A DNA stretch of 64,000 nt from the human T2T-CHM13v2.0 reference genome, Homo sapiens. Under the pieces are notes generated by a model. The model was not told the origin of the DNA, ran no database searches, and saw only the letters and a list, made by a program, of their open reading frames with translations. The position numbers were made by a program, and so were the translations under genes. The stretch lies in assembly GCA_009914755.4 (NCBI GenBank), contig CP068257.2, positions 22,816,001 through 22,880,000 of the forward strand. The letters are read 5' to 3'. Every line of letters begins with the position of its first letter. Position 1 is the stretch's first letter. Positions 14,346 through 31,433 of this stretch are shown here, in pieces.

Positions 14346-16968
14346 AATCAGCTTGTTAAGCAATCATGCATAACACATTAAAGGAACATTTTATCTTTTA
14401 AATTCAAATGTGAAATTCTTATTTTATTCAATATCTGGATTAACCAGAAAATCTAAACATCAACTAATGTCAGCTTTCACAATAACATTTCTGTCATGAT
14501 ATTTTGGGAAATGTTTGGTTTCATTTGTTTCAGGCAAATGATGATTTTATAAGGTAGTTATATGAGGTAGCTATACTAAATGATAACTCACAGAAATCAC
14601 CCTGAAGGTTAACACTTCCAATTATATCACTGCCTTTGAATATGTCATTTAATAACTGCTTTATGCATTATTAGTATTTATGCTTTTAGGTGGCATCAAA
14701 TTCTATTGATATAATGACAGATGATTAAGAAAATGAATGTAAATATTGCATGTGTCAGGTGTAATTATTTCAAATATATATATATTTTTATAAAATGCAA
14801 ACATTAAATTTCATCTTAAAGAAGTTTATTTGCTTTGGATATTTATATAAAATACTCCTTTAAAAGGAATGGAATAAATATTTTCAAATACGTGTGTTGC
14901 TCCAGGATTGTTTCTAGATAACCTGCTGTAACCTAATGTAAGTAGCTGAAGAATGCTTAATTTCTAAGTTTCAGAACTTACAATAAGTTTCAAGACTAAA
15001 TATTTTTGCAGCACTGAAATGAAAGAACAAAAATTAAATGTGCACCCTCTAACTATAGGAAGTGATATCTTATAATGATGTTGTACTTTTTTAGTTATAT
15101 ATTTTTAATAAATGACTGTTCTTCATTAACTTGGAAACATAGTTTATGACATTACAGAAGGCTGAAAACAGTGACTCTCTTTGCAAAGTATGAAGGATAG
15201 TGCTAACTGTATAATCAACAGATGAATTAATAATAAGTCTAATGATGCATTTCTATCGTTAAATAGAAATTAACTGCTTATAATTGACAATGCTTTTGAA
15301 AAATGCTATGTTGCGTACTTTGTTTTTACCTGATTTTAGAATCTAAACTTGTAATAAAAACAAAAACTATAAAGATTCAGGGTCCTGGAGCTAAGTCTCC
15401 ACCATATTTTCAGTCTTTTTCTAAATGAGTTAGCTATTTATCCAGTCAGGCTTGTTCTTAAGCCTGCCTTGGCTAAACCACACAGGGTTGGACTAATACC
15501 TGGCAAGGTGTAAAGGTTTGGATTATGCCAAATGTGGATACAGAGATACCAGGTCTTAAGTTTACAGGCAAATTGGGCCTTCCATAGACCACTGTCTAGA
15601 AAAACACACCACGCAACCTCCCTCCACACTTAAAACGTACTTTACTTAATTTAACGTACTTCACCACCTCATCAGTCTGAGTGGCCCCTTGGAATTTAAA
15701 GATGTGCCACCTGTTATCCAGACTTTGCATTTACTTAGGTTATTTGCATTTCTGATCACTCTGTTCAATTTATTTTAAAATTATCTTTCTCTTGAGCAGA
15801 ATAGGTACTCATGCCCTTGCTAACCCTGGCTGTACATTCTTAATGTAGGACTTCAAGGAATATTTTTTTCAGTGCATATGCATGTGTGTATTTGGATATA
15901 ATCATACGTATGCATGAACAGTTTATTTAAAATACGAATATACTATAGAAACGACCTTTAACATATAAGTATGTATGTGTGTGCATATGGATGTGTATGT
16001 TTCTTATATAAATTGTTAGAGGTGTGCTTTATTGTTGATTTCGCACTTTCATAACTAATAAAGAATAAATGCTTTAAAATGCATGCAAGAAAAATGATAT
16101 GAATATGCACCATTTCATAGCTTAGAACAATATTAAGAAACATTACATTTGGATGCTAATATATATTGTTTAATCAAACTAGTTCGCGCCGTAATCTCTT
16201 TCATCTTACTTAAATGGCTCCATTTACCTTAAATAAGGAATGAAGAAGCCTGCTATTTATGCAGACTGTTCAATCTATGAAGTATTGGGAAAAAATTATT
16301 CTCAATAGTCAAAATAAGATCACAAAATGAGATGCACTATATGCCTTATTTTTTATAATGATCTTAAATGGAACAGATGGCAGTTTATTTCTACTGAATT
16401 ATGTTTGACACATAAAACCATTTAATTTTTATACCAATCGTCTTCTTTAAGGTAGAAAATGTTAAATTATTGATATAATTTTTCTAGTTTTATTTCTTTC
16501 CATTGTCCCTTTACAATTATCATAAATTCGACATTTGAAATATAAAGCATTATATTTTGTAACAAGAAAAGTCTGTTATGCTCAAGTATTTTCTATTAAA
16601 TTTTTATATGCAAAACTCAATTACATTAGCCATTATTTTACTTAGAATAAACATTAGAACATGTTGGATTCCTTCCGCTAATCACAGTGACTGATAATAG
16701 AAGATTGCCCATGTTAATTTACTTATACAAACATTAGACTGAGAATATACTCTATAAAATGTCTTTTTTAAAATATGTAATCCACTTTCCCAAAGCTATA
16801 CTTTATATTACTTATGCATACAGTCTACTATTACTTTACATATTTAAAAACACAATTGCCAAGAAAAAGCACTGTCAAACATAATCAATATGTCAATTTA
16901 AATGCATTGAAGTGTTGAGTAAGTTGAGTTAAAGTATTCTGAAAGAAGGATCCAAGCAGGGTCAGTGA

Positions 16969-19080
<2,112 letters not shown>

Positions 19081-20934
19081 GAAAATATGCAAAATGAGAG
19101 TCACTCTTCTTATCCTCGGACCTTGTTTTTGTTATACTCATCAGATCAAAGTTGGTTACATCTTTAAAATTAGGAGGAACTCCAGGTCTTTACTACCTTG
19201 ACTGAGGAATGGAATATTCTCTTTCTGATTTCATGAAAATATATTCAACATTCATTTGCTTTAGATTACATCCATTACTACCATCTCTATTTCAGCCTCT
19301 TTCGCCACCTTCACTGGTATTACTGCAAAAGCCTCCTAAGTTTCTCCATGTCTTCATGTGCTCTCTGATACAGAAAGATCCTTTCAAAGTGAAGATATGA
19401 TCATGTCAATACCCAGCTCATCATCCAAAAGTAGTCCTGCATTTTACTCAGAGATAAGACAAAGTCGTTACACAGTTTCACTCTGTGATTTGTCCTCCGC
19501 TCACTTTCTCAGTGAGCTCATCTCTGTATTGCTTTTCCCTTCACACCACACTACAGCCACATGAGTCCTTTCCAGATATCAGTGAACCAAGCACCATCTG
19601 GCATTGCAGCATTTGCACTGGTTCTTCCCAGTACTCACTCACATCTCCTTGAAATCTGCTCAAATGTCACCTTCACAATGAGGTCTCTTTCTTGGATGTC
19701 CAATGATAATCATTAAGTTTCTCTTTCTAATTGGCCATCCCATTTCCTTGAGCCATCTCCATGTTTTCATTGTATGAATAACATTTAATACCTGATATAT
19801 TAGATAACATACTTCTCATATTTATTGTTTATTTTGTGCTGCTATAATTTAAGCACTATCATTGAAAAGACCCTTCTCTTTCTTATTTGTTGATGTTTTA
19901 ATCTCCTAAGGGCATCAGATAATTTCTGGAACATACGAGGTATATATCTCAAAATTATTTTATATGGAAGAAATATTATAGAAAATGCTCTAAAATATGT
20001 TTTAAGAAAATATATTCTCATTTTGCTTTTTTAAAAACTAGAATACAGAAATAAAATTGTTTTCAAATAGAGGCAATTTAATGTAGAGTAATCTTACAAA
20101 TCAGTTGGTTAAAAGAGAAACAGGGAATTGTTTAAATGAAAAGAAATGGAGGAACAAAAGGAAAAATTTTTAATCTCAGAAATTTGAAGCAGCTAAAGCC
20201 CCCAGTTTGGAAGTCATAAGCCTACGCCAGCTGCTGCATTTTGTATAGAGATGAAGAAGAGGTACTTTTTCAACCAAAGCTAGAACTGTCAAAATAATGT
20301 TACATTTGCTGGGCTGCTGGATTCCAGAATCACCTAACTGCTACTGCTTCTTCAACCTTCAGCAACTACCAGTAACCGCCTTGTTGTTCAAGCCAGAATT
20401 ACAAAGTAATTATTAAGTAATTACAAAGATATTATCTTCTGTATGCCTACCTACATCCTACTGACAGAATAAAACAAAAATTATATGTATTATAAAAAGA
20501 GCCTGAAAAGTGTAATCTGCAAATGTTGTGATTGAACAGAGAAAGGTTAGTATGGAAGTGAGAGAAAATGGAAAATAGCCAACCCAATCAGTACCTACTA
20601 ACAATTAAAACCAGATTTTTCTTTTGGCATATATCAAGCCAATGAATTACAGGAAATTTTGAATGATAGTTATATTTTTTCTTATTTTATTATATAAATA
20701 AAATATTTTTAATGCGTAACATTTAAAAACATGGACTATTTTTGCCATGTAAAATCATCATCATTTAACTGATGCAAAACAACAAATTTCACTTGAGTTT
20801 TCTTAGTTGAAAATGTGGTAGCTTTTAATTAAGCTCTTCATTACTATTTTTCTGTTTTGTAATCTTCAGTTAACATTAAATAACATGCTCTAAGCCATCA
20901 GCATTTATGATTGTTTAAAGAATTTAAATTATCT

Positions 20935-21370
20935 GCCATAGCTAAGATATGGAACTAACATAAATACCCACCCATGAAAAAAATAGATTTAAAAATGCAG
21001 TATATACATATGATGGAATATTATTCAGCCTCAAAAAAAAAGAAAATCCTGCCATATGGGACAACATGATGAACCTGGAGGACATTATGTAGGTGAAATA
21101 AGTCAGTCACAGGACAAATATTACATGATACTACTTATCAAAGTATCTAAAATAGTTAAGCTCATAAAAGCAGAAAGAGGAATGGTGGCTGCCAGGAATT
21201 GGGGAGAGGGGAAAATGGGAAGCTGTTTAATGAGTATAAAGTTTCAGTTATGTGAGATGAATAAGTTCCTGAGATCTGCCCTGCAACATAGTGTCTACAG
21301 TTAACAACGCTATACTGTGTATTTAAAAATTTATTATGAGGGTAAATCTCATATTAAGTGCTTTTACCAC
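20935..21370 (+). mobile_element. Old LINE-1 (L1MA/L1MB-like) 3'-end fragment, sense
   Basis: Matches the L1M 3' end (atggaatattattcagcc...gtgaaataagtcagtcacaggacaaatattacatgata...ggtggctgccaggaattggggagagg...tacagttaacaacgctatactgtgtatttaaaaa). It ends in the (CA)n compound microsatellite. Confidence 0.5.
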
Positions 21371-21372
21371 AA

Positions 21373-21490
21373 AACACAAACACACACATGCACATATGCA
21401 CATGCACACACAGATGCAAACACACACATGCACACACACACATGCACACAAACACACACATGTACACACACACACATGCACACACACATG
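21373..21490. repeat. Compound microsatellite (CA)n/(CACATG)n, ~118 bp
   Basis: cacaaacacacacatgcacatatgcacatgcacacacagatgcaaacacacacatgcacacacacacatgcac... It produces the His/Thr/Cys-rich artefact ORFs 21317..21610 and 21358..21549. Confidence 0.9.
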
Positions 21491-21784
21491 AAGCATGCAA
21501 TTTTGGAGGTGCTGAATATGTTATGTTTTGGATATGCCTATTATCTTGATTTTAATGATAGTTTCATGGGTATATGTATATGTCAAAACTCACCAAATAG
21601 TATATATTAAGTGTGTGGAGTTTTTTGTTTATCAATCATACAACACTTTTAGCTTCACCAATCACATTTCCTGAGATGTGTAAAAACAAAAGCCTATTTC
21701 CCCCCCCACCCCAAAAACAGAGTAATTTTCACATGGAAACAATAGCATAAGCATGCACTACATTAACAGATTTTTGCATGCTGA

Positions 21785-21996
21785 TTTTTTTTTTTTTTTT
21801 AGATGGAGTCTCGCTCTGTTGCCTAGGCTGGAGTATACTGGCATGATCTCGCCTCACTGCAAGCTCTGCCTCCCAGGTTCACGTCATTCTCCTGCCTCAG
21901 CCTCCTGAGTAGCTGGGACTACAGGAGCGTGTCACCACGCCCGGCTAATTTTTTTTTGTAGTTTTAGTGGAGACTGGGTTTCACCATGTTAACCAG
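21785..21996 (-). mobile_element. Alu SINE, antisense, 5'-truncated (lacks ~85 bp of left monomer), with a perfect 17-bp TSD
   Basis: Poly-T at 21785-21800, then agatggagtctcgctctgttgcctaggctggagt...gggtttcaccatgttaaccagg. The TSD agatttttgcatgctga occurs at 21768-21784 and again at 21999-22015. Confidence 0.85.
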
Positions 21997-23822
21997 GAAG
22001 ATTTTTGCATGCTGAATATTTATAAACTTTATTGTATGCAGTTTTCTTGCCAATCCTCTATTCCTCCCTACACAAATCAAAAATGTCCAATATATTTTAC
22101 ATAAAAGAAATCTAAAATCAAAACTGAGAGATAAAGATCTAGTGAAGAAATCTGTCACCTTAAAAATAAACATGATTATTGGTGGCAATAGTAATTCAGA
22201 ATCACTTGCAAAGTTAAAATTCGGAGCTAAACCGTGTACATTTTGTAAGCAAATATAACAGTAAACTCTTTAATTTGAACATTGAACTAGAAATCTATCT
22301 CCCAAAAAATTACAATTTTGTGAAACAGGAACCAAAACTATATACTAAGATAACAGTAATTCATCAGGTACTTTTTTGGATATTATTTACTATACACATT
22401 TTTGTTCTACCTTACAAAAGTTAATAATCTTTCATTAACATTAAATAGAATTAATCAATTCAACAATGGTGTAATATTTAATTTTAATTTTGTAGGTCAT
22501 TGATCTGATTTCATTTGTAATCAGTTTTAGCATAAGTCTGCATTAAGAGACCAGAGGAGAAAAAAAAATGAAGGAAAAATAAAATCTAAAAGTGCAGAAA
22601 AATAATATCTTAGTAAGAAAAGAACATTTTCCTGCCACTGTTTGAAACAAGGCCATGTAATAGGCTTTAACCAGAGTTACCCTAAACCCTGCCTGCCCCT
22701 CCTTCCCCGGCCATTTATCAGCTCAATCAAAATTCTTGTGGCAATGTAGCATCAACTAACCCCATCAATACAACCATATCTTTGGTCATCGTCGTATTTG
22801 CTTCCCCTCTGGGTAGCCATCCTCTGTACTCCACCCCCGATTGTTCATTAGTTTTCTCTTCCTACCAGCTTGATACCTATTTCTCTTGCTGAAACACTTG
22901 TTTGTTTTTACTTTGTTTGTTTAAAGATCAACAAAACTTAAACATTTTTAAAGGCTTTTAAATAACTAAAAACTAACTGTATTTCCATTGTATCATCTCT
23001 CTTGCATCCTATACTATGTCCATTATCTTTTAAGTTACATTACTACCTTGCTAACCTCCAGAAAATATGCTTACTCTAGAAAATCTTGGCTTTACCATGT
23101 TTCACCTGTTTCTCCTCTGGTTTTCAACCAACATTTTAATGCCCCATTTATTATACTTAGTGCCCAACCGAATGGAGGCTTTTGTTTGTTTTTGTTTTTG
23201 TTTTCTTTCTATTCCAAATTATCTCCAGCATCCTAATTAGTCTGATTCTTCATGTTGATATTCCAACTGTTTAGTATTACTGAAAGTATGATTTCCGTCA
23301 AAAAACTATAATTGGTCCACTATGAGATAAGCACAGAAATTGAAAGTAAGACATTAGAAACCTTAAAACCACAGGATCCCTGCATATAATAATTTGCCAA
23401 ATTCATTGGTTTATTTTTAGATAAAAACACTGCTGTGAAAAAAATTTGAACTTAAGGAAAAATCTCCTCTTCCTCTTTCTAGAGAAACACTGCTCTAGAC
23501 GAGTTCTTTACCTCACATTTTCAGATACTTTAATTCACCTCTACTTCAAACTGAAGTTTCTCCATACCTCATGAATTTACTAGTAGTTTTAACCTTCGGC
23601 ATGTGCAATATTACATTGAGATATCCTATTATTTGACCATAATCTTCTACATTTTTTAATAATTATATAACTATACCTGTATTTTATGTAAAGATATCTA
23701 TTCCCCGAACCTTTATTTTTTTTCATAAGGACTTTTTCCGGTTTGACCTGAACCTTTTTATTTAAACTAAGTGGCCACCCTTACTTCCTCAATTGTTTGA
23801 GATTTTCCTTTTTTAATCCCAA

Positions 23823-23825
<3 letters not shown>

Positions 23826-23853
<28 letters not shown>
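23826..23853. repeat. Poly(T) homopolymer (~28 nt)
   Basis: An uninterrupted T run. No recognisable SINE body is attached. Confidence 0.9.
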
Positions 23854-24002
23854 GGAGATCTTCTCTACTTCCTCGTCTCCTTGGAAATTTTTTTCTTACA
23901 GTGAATCTACAAGTGAAAAGTTGGACAGTATTGAGAGAATAAGAAAATTTACTAAATGATGCTGTTCACAATTTTATGGTTTCTAATCTGACTAGACGCT
24001 GA

Positions 24003-24321
<319 letters not shown>

Positions 24322-24595
24322 TATTTCTCCCTTTTCTATCATTGCTCTCCTTACTCTTCTTAAACTTGCTGCCCTTCTTCCATCTAAGTCAAAGTTTATA
24401 TTGTCACTTTGACTTTACAAACAAAATATAGAAAATTCATCTTATCTTTGAAAAATGGACTGCTAACGTAGCTGGATTAACAAATACTCTTTCCTTTTAT
24501 CCCTTATTTGCAATGGATATGTTGGTACAAATTATTTCTAAGCCCAATACTTATATTCCTGTTCTTAATTTTATCTACTTATCTCCAGAAATTCA

Positions 24596-25118
<523 letters not shown>

Positions 25119-26040
25119 TTAATGTATGAGAAAATGTATGATGCTAAATAGTTCTATCTTACTAAGATTTACCTACTTTGTCTATATATATAGATAAGTA
25201 GATGAATGTTATCGATAAAATTACATAGAAACTTGTATGCATCTAATAAATTCGTATGTATCTAATAATCTAGGTTAAAATAGATAAAGAAAAACTGATA
25301 CAATTTTAAAAAAGGAAAATTCACTATCATTTTAAGAGATATAGTATAAATTGCTTCTGTTCAAAACTGGTAAATCAACCAGACTCTATAATAAGAATGT
25401 AGAAGACTAGCTAGGTGATTAAACAGAAATAAATGGAATACCATATTCAACAATACTTTATAGTGATTTTGTTGCTAATTACTTTTATTTAAAAAGTTTA
25501 TGGAAACTGCCTAAAAAGTGATCAGAAATTGAATCTCAAATTTTAAACATTGATGTAATGTAGGTCATATATTCTAAAACTCCAATAAAATTAAGTTAGA
25601 TGTTAGTTTAAACAGTGAGAAAAAAAACCCTTACATGTAGAAATTATGAAAAAAACCCCGACACTTCTAAACATCTTATGGGCCAAAGTTATTGTAACAA
25701 TAATCAGAAAACACATAAAACTGAATAAAATATAAATATTACATATCAAAACTAACGAACACCTAAATAAAACATTATTTAACTTTAATTGATTATATTC
25801 TAAAAAGGAAAGACTGAAAGTGAACGAGCCAATAACCAAACTTAAGACTCAAGAACTTGAAAAATTAACATAATACAGAATACAAACAAAACTGTACATT
25901 ATCATCAGAAATTATTTATATATAATAAATCTGAAATAGAAGAAAAAGCAAAAGATAATTTTTGAAGAGATAAAACTGACAAATCTTTAGTGAGACTAAT
26001 ACGGGAAAAAAACACATAAATACACATTGTTAAGAATACA

Positions 26041-26347
26041 GGCTTGGTGTGGTTGCTCACACCTATACTCCCAGCATTTTGGGAAGCCAAGGCGGGAGGA
26101 TCACTTGAAGCATGGAGTTCCAGACTAGCCTCTGAAACATAGAGAGACCCTGTCTCTACAATAATAATTATAAAAAATTAGCTAGGCATGGTGGCACATG
26201 CCTATAGTCCCAGCTACTCAGGAGGCTTATATGAGCCCAGAGTTCAAGGCTGCAACTAGCCATGATTGTGGCATTGCACTGCAGACTGCGTGACAGAGCA
26301 AGAGTCCATCTCTACAAAAAAATAATAATAATAATAACATAAATGCA
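26041..26347 (+). mobile_element. Alu SINE, older diverged (AluJ-like), (AAT)n tail
   Basis: ggcttggtgtggttgctcacacctatactcccagcattttgggaagccaaggcggg...gcaagagtccatctctacaaaaaaataataataataataac. Many substitutions relative to the consensus. Confidence 0.8.
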
Positions 26348-27513
26348 GGAAGAAAGTGCAGAGACTAGAAACATGAGTATCAAAGTTGGACACATAAAAA
26401 TATGTATACATTTAATTATATAAATATAAAAATTACAATATATATCATACAACACATCTCTATTTGCATCTCTATCTCTATGTCCTTATATTTATAGCTA
26501 AAATATAATTACACATACCTATAGTTTATTCTTATTATTTACAGTATTTCTGTTTTATAAGTCCCCACAGACACTGAATTAGCCAATAGTGAACTCAGAC
26601 AAAAATACAGTTAGATTTGTGACCCTTTGTTCACATTATTTTGTTAATCCATCAACACGCACCTTTGTTTTATATGTCTCCATTTAAAGACAACTTATTT
26701 AATGTATTTTGTTGATTCATTAACATTGAACTCATAGCCAACAGCACTGCAACTCATGCCTAGACACAGCTTATCTAACACACATAATTTTACCTTAAGT
26801 CTCATTACCACCTTTTGCACTTAGGAACATTACATAGCACTTTAAGCACTACATTTGGGGGCCATTTTAAACAGTGAAATTTTCAACAAAAAGCACAAGA
26901 ATGTGAAAAACACAGCTCTAAATAAAGCACAGAAAGGACCTTTGCTTGCAGTAAGTGAGCTGAAACAGAAAGGCAAAGTGTCACTGTGTTTGATCTCACT
27001 TGGGAATGTATGCATTGTGCAACTTGTATTTTTGGCTCTCTGCAGATATCCATGAATGACCATGAAAGTACAGCAAGTGATTTTCAAGCTGCAAACAAAT
27101 TTTAGCAAGTAAGTGCATTTGCCAATAAGCAATACATGAATATGAGAATCAAAAGCATATATACCATAATATGCCATAAGTTTATACACCATAAAATATA
27201 TCTACATATTTATATCTATATCTATATCAATCTATATGTATATCATAAAAACAACAATTATCAACAATGCAATGAATTTAAGAATACATTGGAAATGGGA
27301 ATAGAATAGATGAATTCATAGAATAGTCCTATTGATAAACAACTCTAATATAGTACAAATTATTCTACCGTATGAAAAAAAGAATACTAGTTCAATCATT
27401 TTCTGAAGCTAGAGTAACTTAAATACAAAAATGTGACAAGGATAGTCTTAGAATGTAGAACACACTTATAAACATAGATTTTTGTGCAGTATTAAATAGA
27501 AAATAGTTGGTCA

Positions 27514-27844
<331 letters not shown>

Positions 27845-28694
27845 GACATTTATTTATTAAATTTTATGTAGCATCAGAATCTTCAGCTAAGCTAGGCATG
27901 CTTCACAATGTAACACCCTTTAAAGCAAGAAGAATCTTGAATCTACTTCTCAACTATTTTGCATATATCTTCTCCAATTCTTTTCACATTCCCCGTTATG
28001 TCAGTTCCTATTCACCTCTTTTTTAGTCATCTCCATTTATTTTTAGCAGCTCATATTATCACCTAGACAAAAGGTCAAAGACTTTATCAGCCCCTGTTGT
28101 GTTCTGTTTGGGTTTTTGTTTGTAATGTCCTGTCTATTTTCCTTTTAAAATGGCAAAATGATAATTCTATATTATAAGGCATAATAACCTTGAGATTGCC
28201 CAATTGTTGTTGAGTGGATAATTTAAAAATAATTGTAGAGTTTTCGTCAAGAAAGTGAAAATAAACACAAGCCAGCATCAGTTCCATTTAAAGCAATACT
28301 ACATAGATAAGCCACTTCACCTTTTTAATATAGCATTGACATTGGCAACAAATGTTAAGGATGTCATATACACCATGAATTTGAATAAATTAAATGCAGA
28401 AACTAGTTGACAAGTCTATTTTTTCATAAAATTAATGTTAAAAATTGAGTTTAAGCTTGAGTGTCCTACTGTATTATTATTATTACATAACAAATGAGTT
28501 AGTTATATTGAAAATGTAGGAAAAGCAAACTTTTCCCAACCCCCCTCGCATCAAAGATGGTGTCTCTCAACTGCATTAGAAAATGCTGATTCAGGTAATC
28601 CCACCCTAACCCCAGATGCTGTCTAATAGTGTATTAGGAAACCCCTAGTAGCTTGGAAAGTATTAACCTAGTATTTCTGTTTATATTGCCTTGA

Positions 28695-28866
28695 TTATTA
28701 GTGTAATTAAACATTTGATTTCATCTTTTGTAATACATAGGTGTATGTCTCTTAAAAATATTTTACCAATTGCTTACTTGATTATTAGTGTAATTGAACA
28801 TTTGATTTCATCTTTTGTGATACATAGGTGTATGTCTCTTAAAAATATTTTAGCAATTGCTTATTT
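28695..28866. repeat. Tandem duplication: 86-bp unit x 2 (~94% identical)
   Basis: attattagtgtaattRaacatttgatttcatcttttgtRatacataggtgtatgtctcttaaaaatattttaScaattgctta repeated head-to-tail. ORF-track entry 28691..28876 shows the duplicated peptide. Confidence 0.9.
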
Positions 28867-29776
28867 TTTCTTGTAGATTTTTCTTCTCTGAATCTTTTTT
28901 ATTGAAAATTTTATTCCTGAGTGAATCTCATAAGTTGCAAACATTGAATGAAGTAGGATTTTTAACTTTATTTTGTTCACATGTGTTGTCAAGTGTTTAA
29001 ATGCCATCAATAAATTTGTATATATTAAATTCCTTATACGATTTGTTACCACAGTCCTTATTATAGCTAGTTTTTCAGTTTGTTCCATTATATCACCATT
29101 TAATTGCTTTATAATTAATAGCATTTTTGAAAGAGTCTTCATAAGTCTTCAGTGATTTTCTTAAATTATTTTTATTTTGCAGTTAAATAATTTTCCAAAC
29201 AAATGAACTAATTTAAAGTGATAATTTTTACTGTTATTACTTTAATTTACATAATAATTTGGCAAGAAATGAATTCCAGTAGATATAGCAATGCATTGTA
29301 TTCCCTCTGCTGTAGTGGAAAGCGCCAGTGTTACAACTAGAAATAAAAATCTCAGGTATGGTAGTGTAGAAAAATTGAAGGTCTGCTAGCTGTCTCATAT
29401 GAATCCAAGTAGTTCTGTTCAGTGCTGGAAATAGCTTACGATGTCATGGTTCCAGGTTCTCTCTTGTTACTCTGTCATGTTCAGCAAACCATCCTTGCAG
29501 CTGTTTTTGCTTTCATCATCCCATTCTCATTGCAGGCAAATGGAAGAAGAAAGAGGAGAGTGGTGGTGTGTGCTTTCCCTTTAATGGCAGAACCCAACAG
29601 TCGTACACACCACTTCTACCCTCTTAAGATGGGTCAGAATCCAGGCCCAATTCCATGTATACATGGAAGAGAGGCTTATTAAAGTAGCCTTCAGTTGCTG
29701 GACAGAGTTCCATCCAAAACTACAGTTAATAGGTAAGTCGAGAACTTACATTAAGTGATAAATGGCAGTCTCTGCC

Positions 29777-31433
29777 AAGGAAAATATTCTTATCCATGCT
29801 CATGGATAAGAAGAATCAATATCATGAAAATGGCCATACTGCCAAAAGTAATTTATAGATTCAATGCTATTCCCATCAAGCTACCATTGACTTTCTTCAC
29901 AGAATTAGAAAAAACTACTTTAAATTTCATATGGAACCAAAAAAGAGCCTGCATAGCCAAGACAATCCTCAGCAAAAAGAACAAAGCTGGAGGCAGCATG
30001 CTACCTGACTTCAAACTACACTACAAAGCTACAGTAACCAAAACAGCTTGGTGCTGGTACCAAAACAGATACATAGACCAAGGGAACAGAACAGAGGCCT
30101 AAGAAATAACACCACACATCTACAACCATTGAAACTTTGACTAACCAGACAAAAACAAGCCATGGGGAAAGGATTCCCTATTTAATACATGCTGATGGAA
30201 AAACTAGCTAGCCGTCTGCAGAAAACTGAAACTGGACCTTATACAAAAATTAACTTACATCTTATACAAAAATTAACTCAAGATAGATCAAAGATTTAAG
30301 TGTAAGACCTAAAACCAAAAAACCCTAGAAGAAAACCTAGGCAATACCATTCAGGACATAGGCATTGCCAAAAACCTTATGATGAAAATACCAAAAGGAA
30401 TGGCAACAAAAGCCAAAATTGACAAATGGGATCTAATTAAACTAAAGAGCTTCTGCACAGCAAAAGAAACTACCATCAGAGTGAACAGGCAACCTACAGA
30501 ATGGGAGAAAAATTTTGAAATCTATCTTTCTGACAAAGGGCTAATATCCAGAATCTATAAGGAACTTAAACAAATTTACAAGAAAAAAACAAACAACTCC
30601 ATCAGAAATTGGGCAAAGGATATGAACAGACACATCTCAAAAGAAGACATTTATGCAGCCACCAAACACATGAGAAAAAGCTCATCATCACTGGTCATTA
30701 GAGAAATGCAAATCAAAACCACAATGAGACACCATCTCACATCAGTTAGAATGGCGATCATTAAAAAGTCAGGAAACAACAGATTCTGGAGAGAATGTGG
30801 AGAAATAGAAATGGTTTTACACTGTTGGTGGGAGTGTAAATTAGTTCAACCATTGTGGAAGACAGTGTGGTGATTCCTCAAAAATCTAGAACTAGAAATA
30901 ACATTTGACCCTGAAATCACATTACTGGGTATATACCCAAAGATTATAAATCATTCTACTATAAAGACACATGCACACGTATCTTTATTGCAGCACTATT
31001 CACAATAGCAAAGATTTAGAACCAACCCAAGTGCCCATCAATGATAGACTGGACTAAGAAAATGTGGCATATGTACACCATGGGATACTATGCAGCCATA
31101 AAAAGAATGAGTTTATGTCCTTTGCAGGGACATGGATGAAGCTGGAAACCATCATTCTCAGCAAACTAACACAGGAACAGAAAACCAAACACCGCATGTT
31201 GTCACTCATAAGTGGGAGTTGAACAATGAGAATATATGGGCACAGGGAGGGGAACATCACACACTGGGGCCTGTCTGGGGGTTGGGGGCAATGGAAAGGA
31301 TAGCATTAGGTGAAATACGTAATGTAGATGGTGGGTTGATGGGTGCAGAAAACCACCATGGCACATGTACACCTATGTAACAAATCTGCATGTTCTGCAC
31401 ATGTATCTTAGAACTTAAGCATAACAAAAAAAT
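29777..31433 (+). mobile_element. LINE-1 (L1PA-like) 5'-truncated 3' fragment (~1.65 kb), sense, degenerate
   Basis: catgctcatggataagaagaatcaatatcatgaaaatggccatactgcc...ggtgggttgatgggtgcagaaaaccaccatggcacatgtacacctatgtaacaaatctgcatgttctgcacatgtatcttagaacttaagcataacaaaaaaa. It carries stops, frameshifts and a small internal duplication (cttatacaaaaattaact x2) near 30235-30275. Confidence 0.85.
30379..30873 (+). pseudogene. L1 ORF2 3'-terminal remnant ORF (164 aa)
   Basis: The translation [134 protein letters not shown] is the conserved ORF2 tail. Confidence 0.75.

Noticed and set aside
15640-15700. Short local direct repeat (acgtactttacttaatttaacgtacttcacc)
   Set aside because: It is only ~12 bp repeated once. 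That is within chance expectation for AT-rich sequence and has no structural context.
21317-21610. His/Thr/Cys-rich 97-aa ORF that looks like a metal-binding peptide
   Set aside because: It is produced entirely by translating the (CA)n/(CACATG)n microsatellite, which is low-complexity and has no coding signal.
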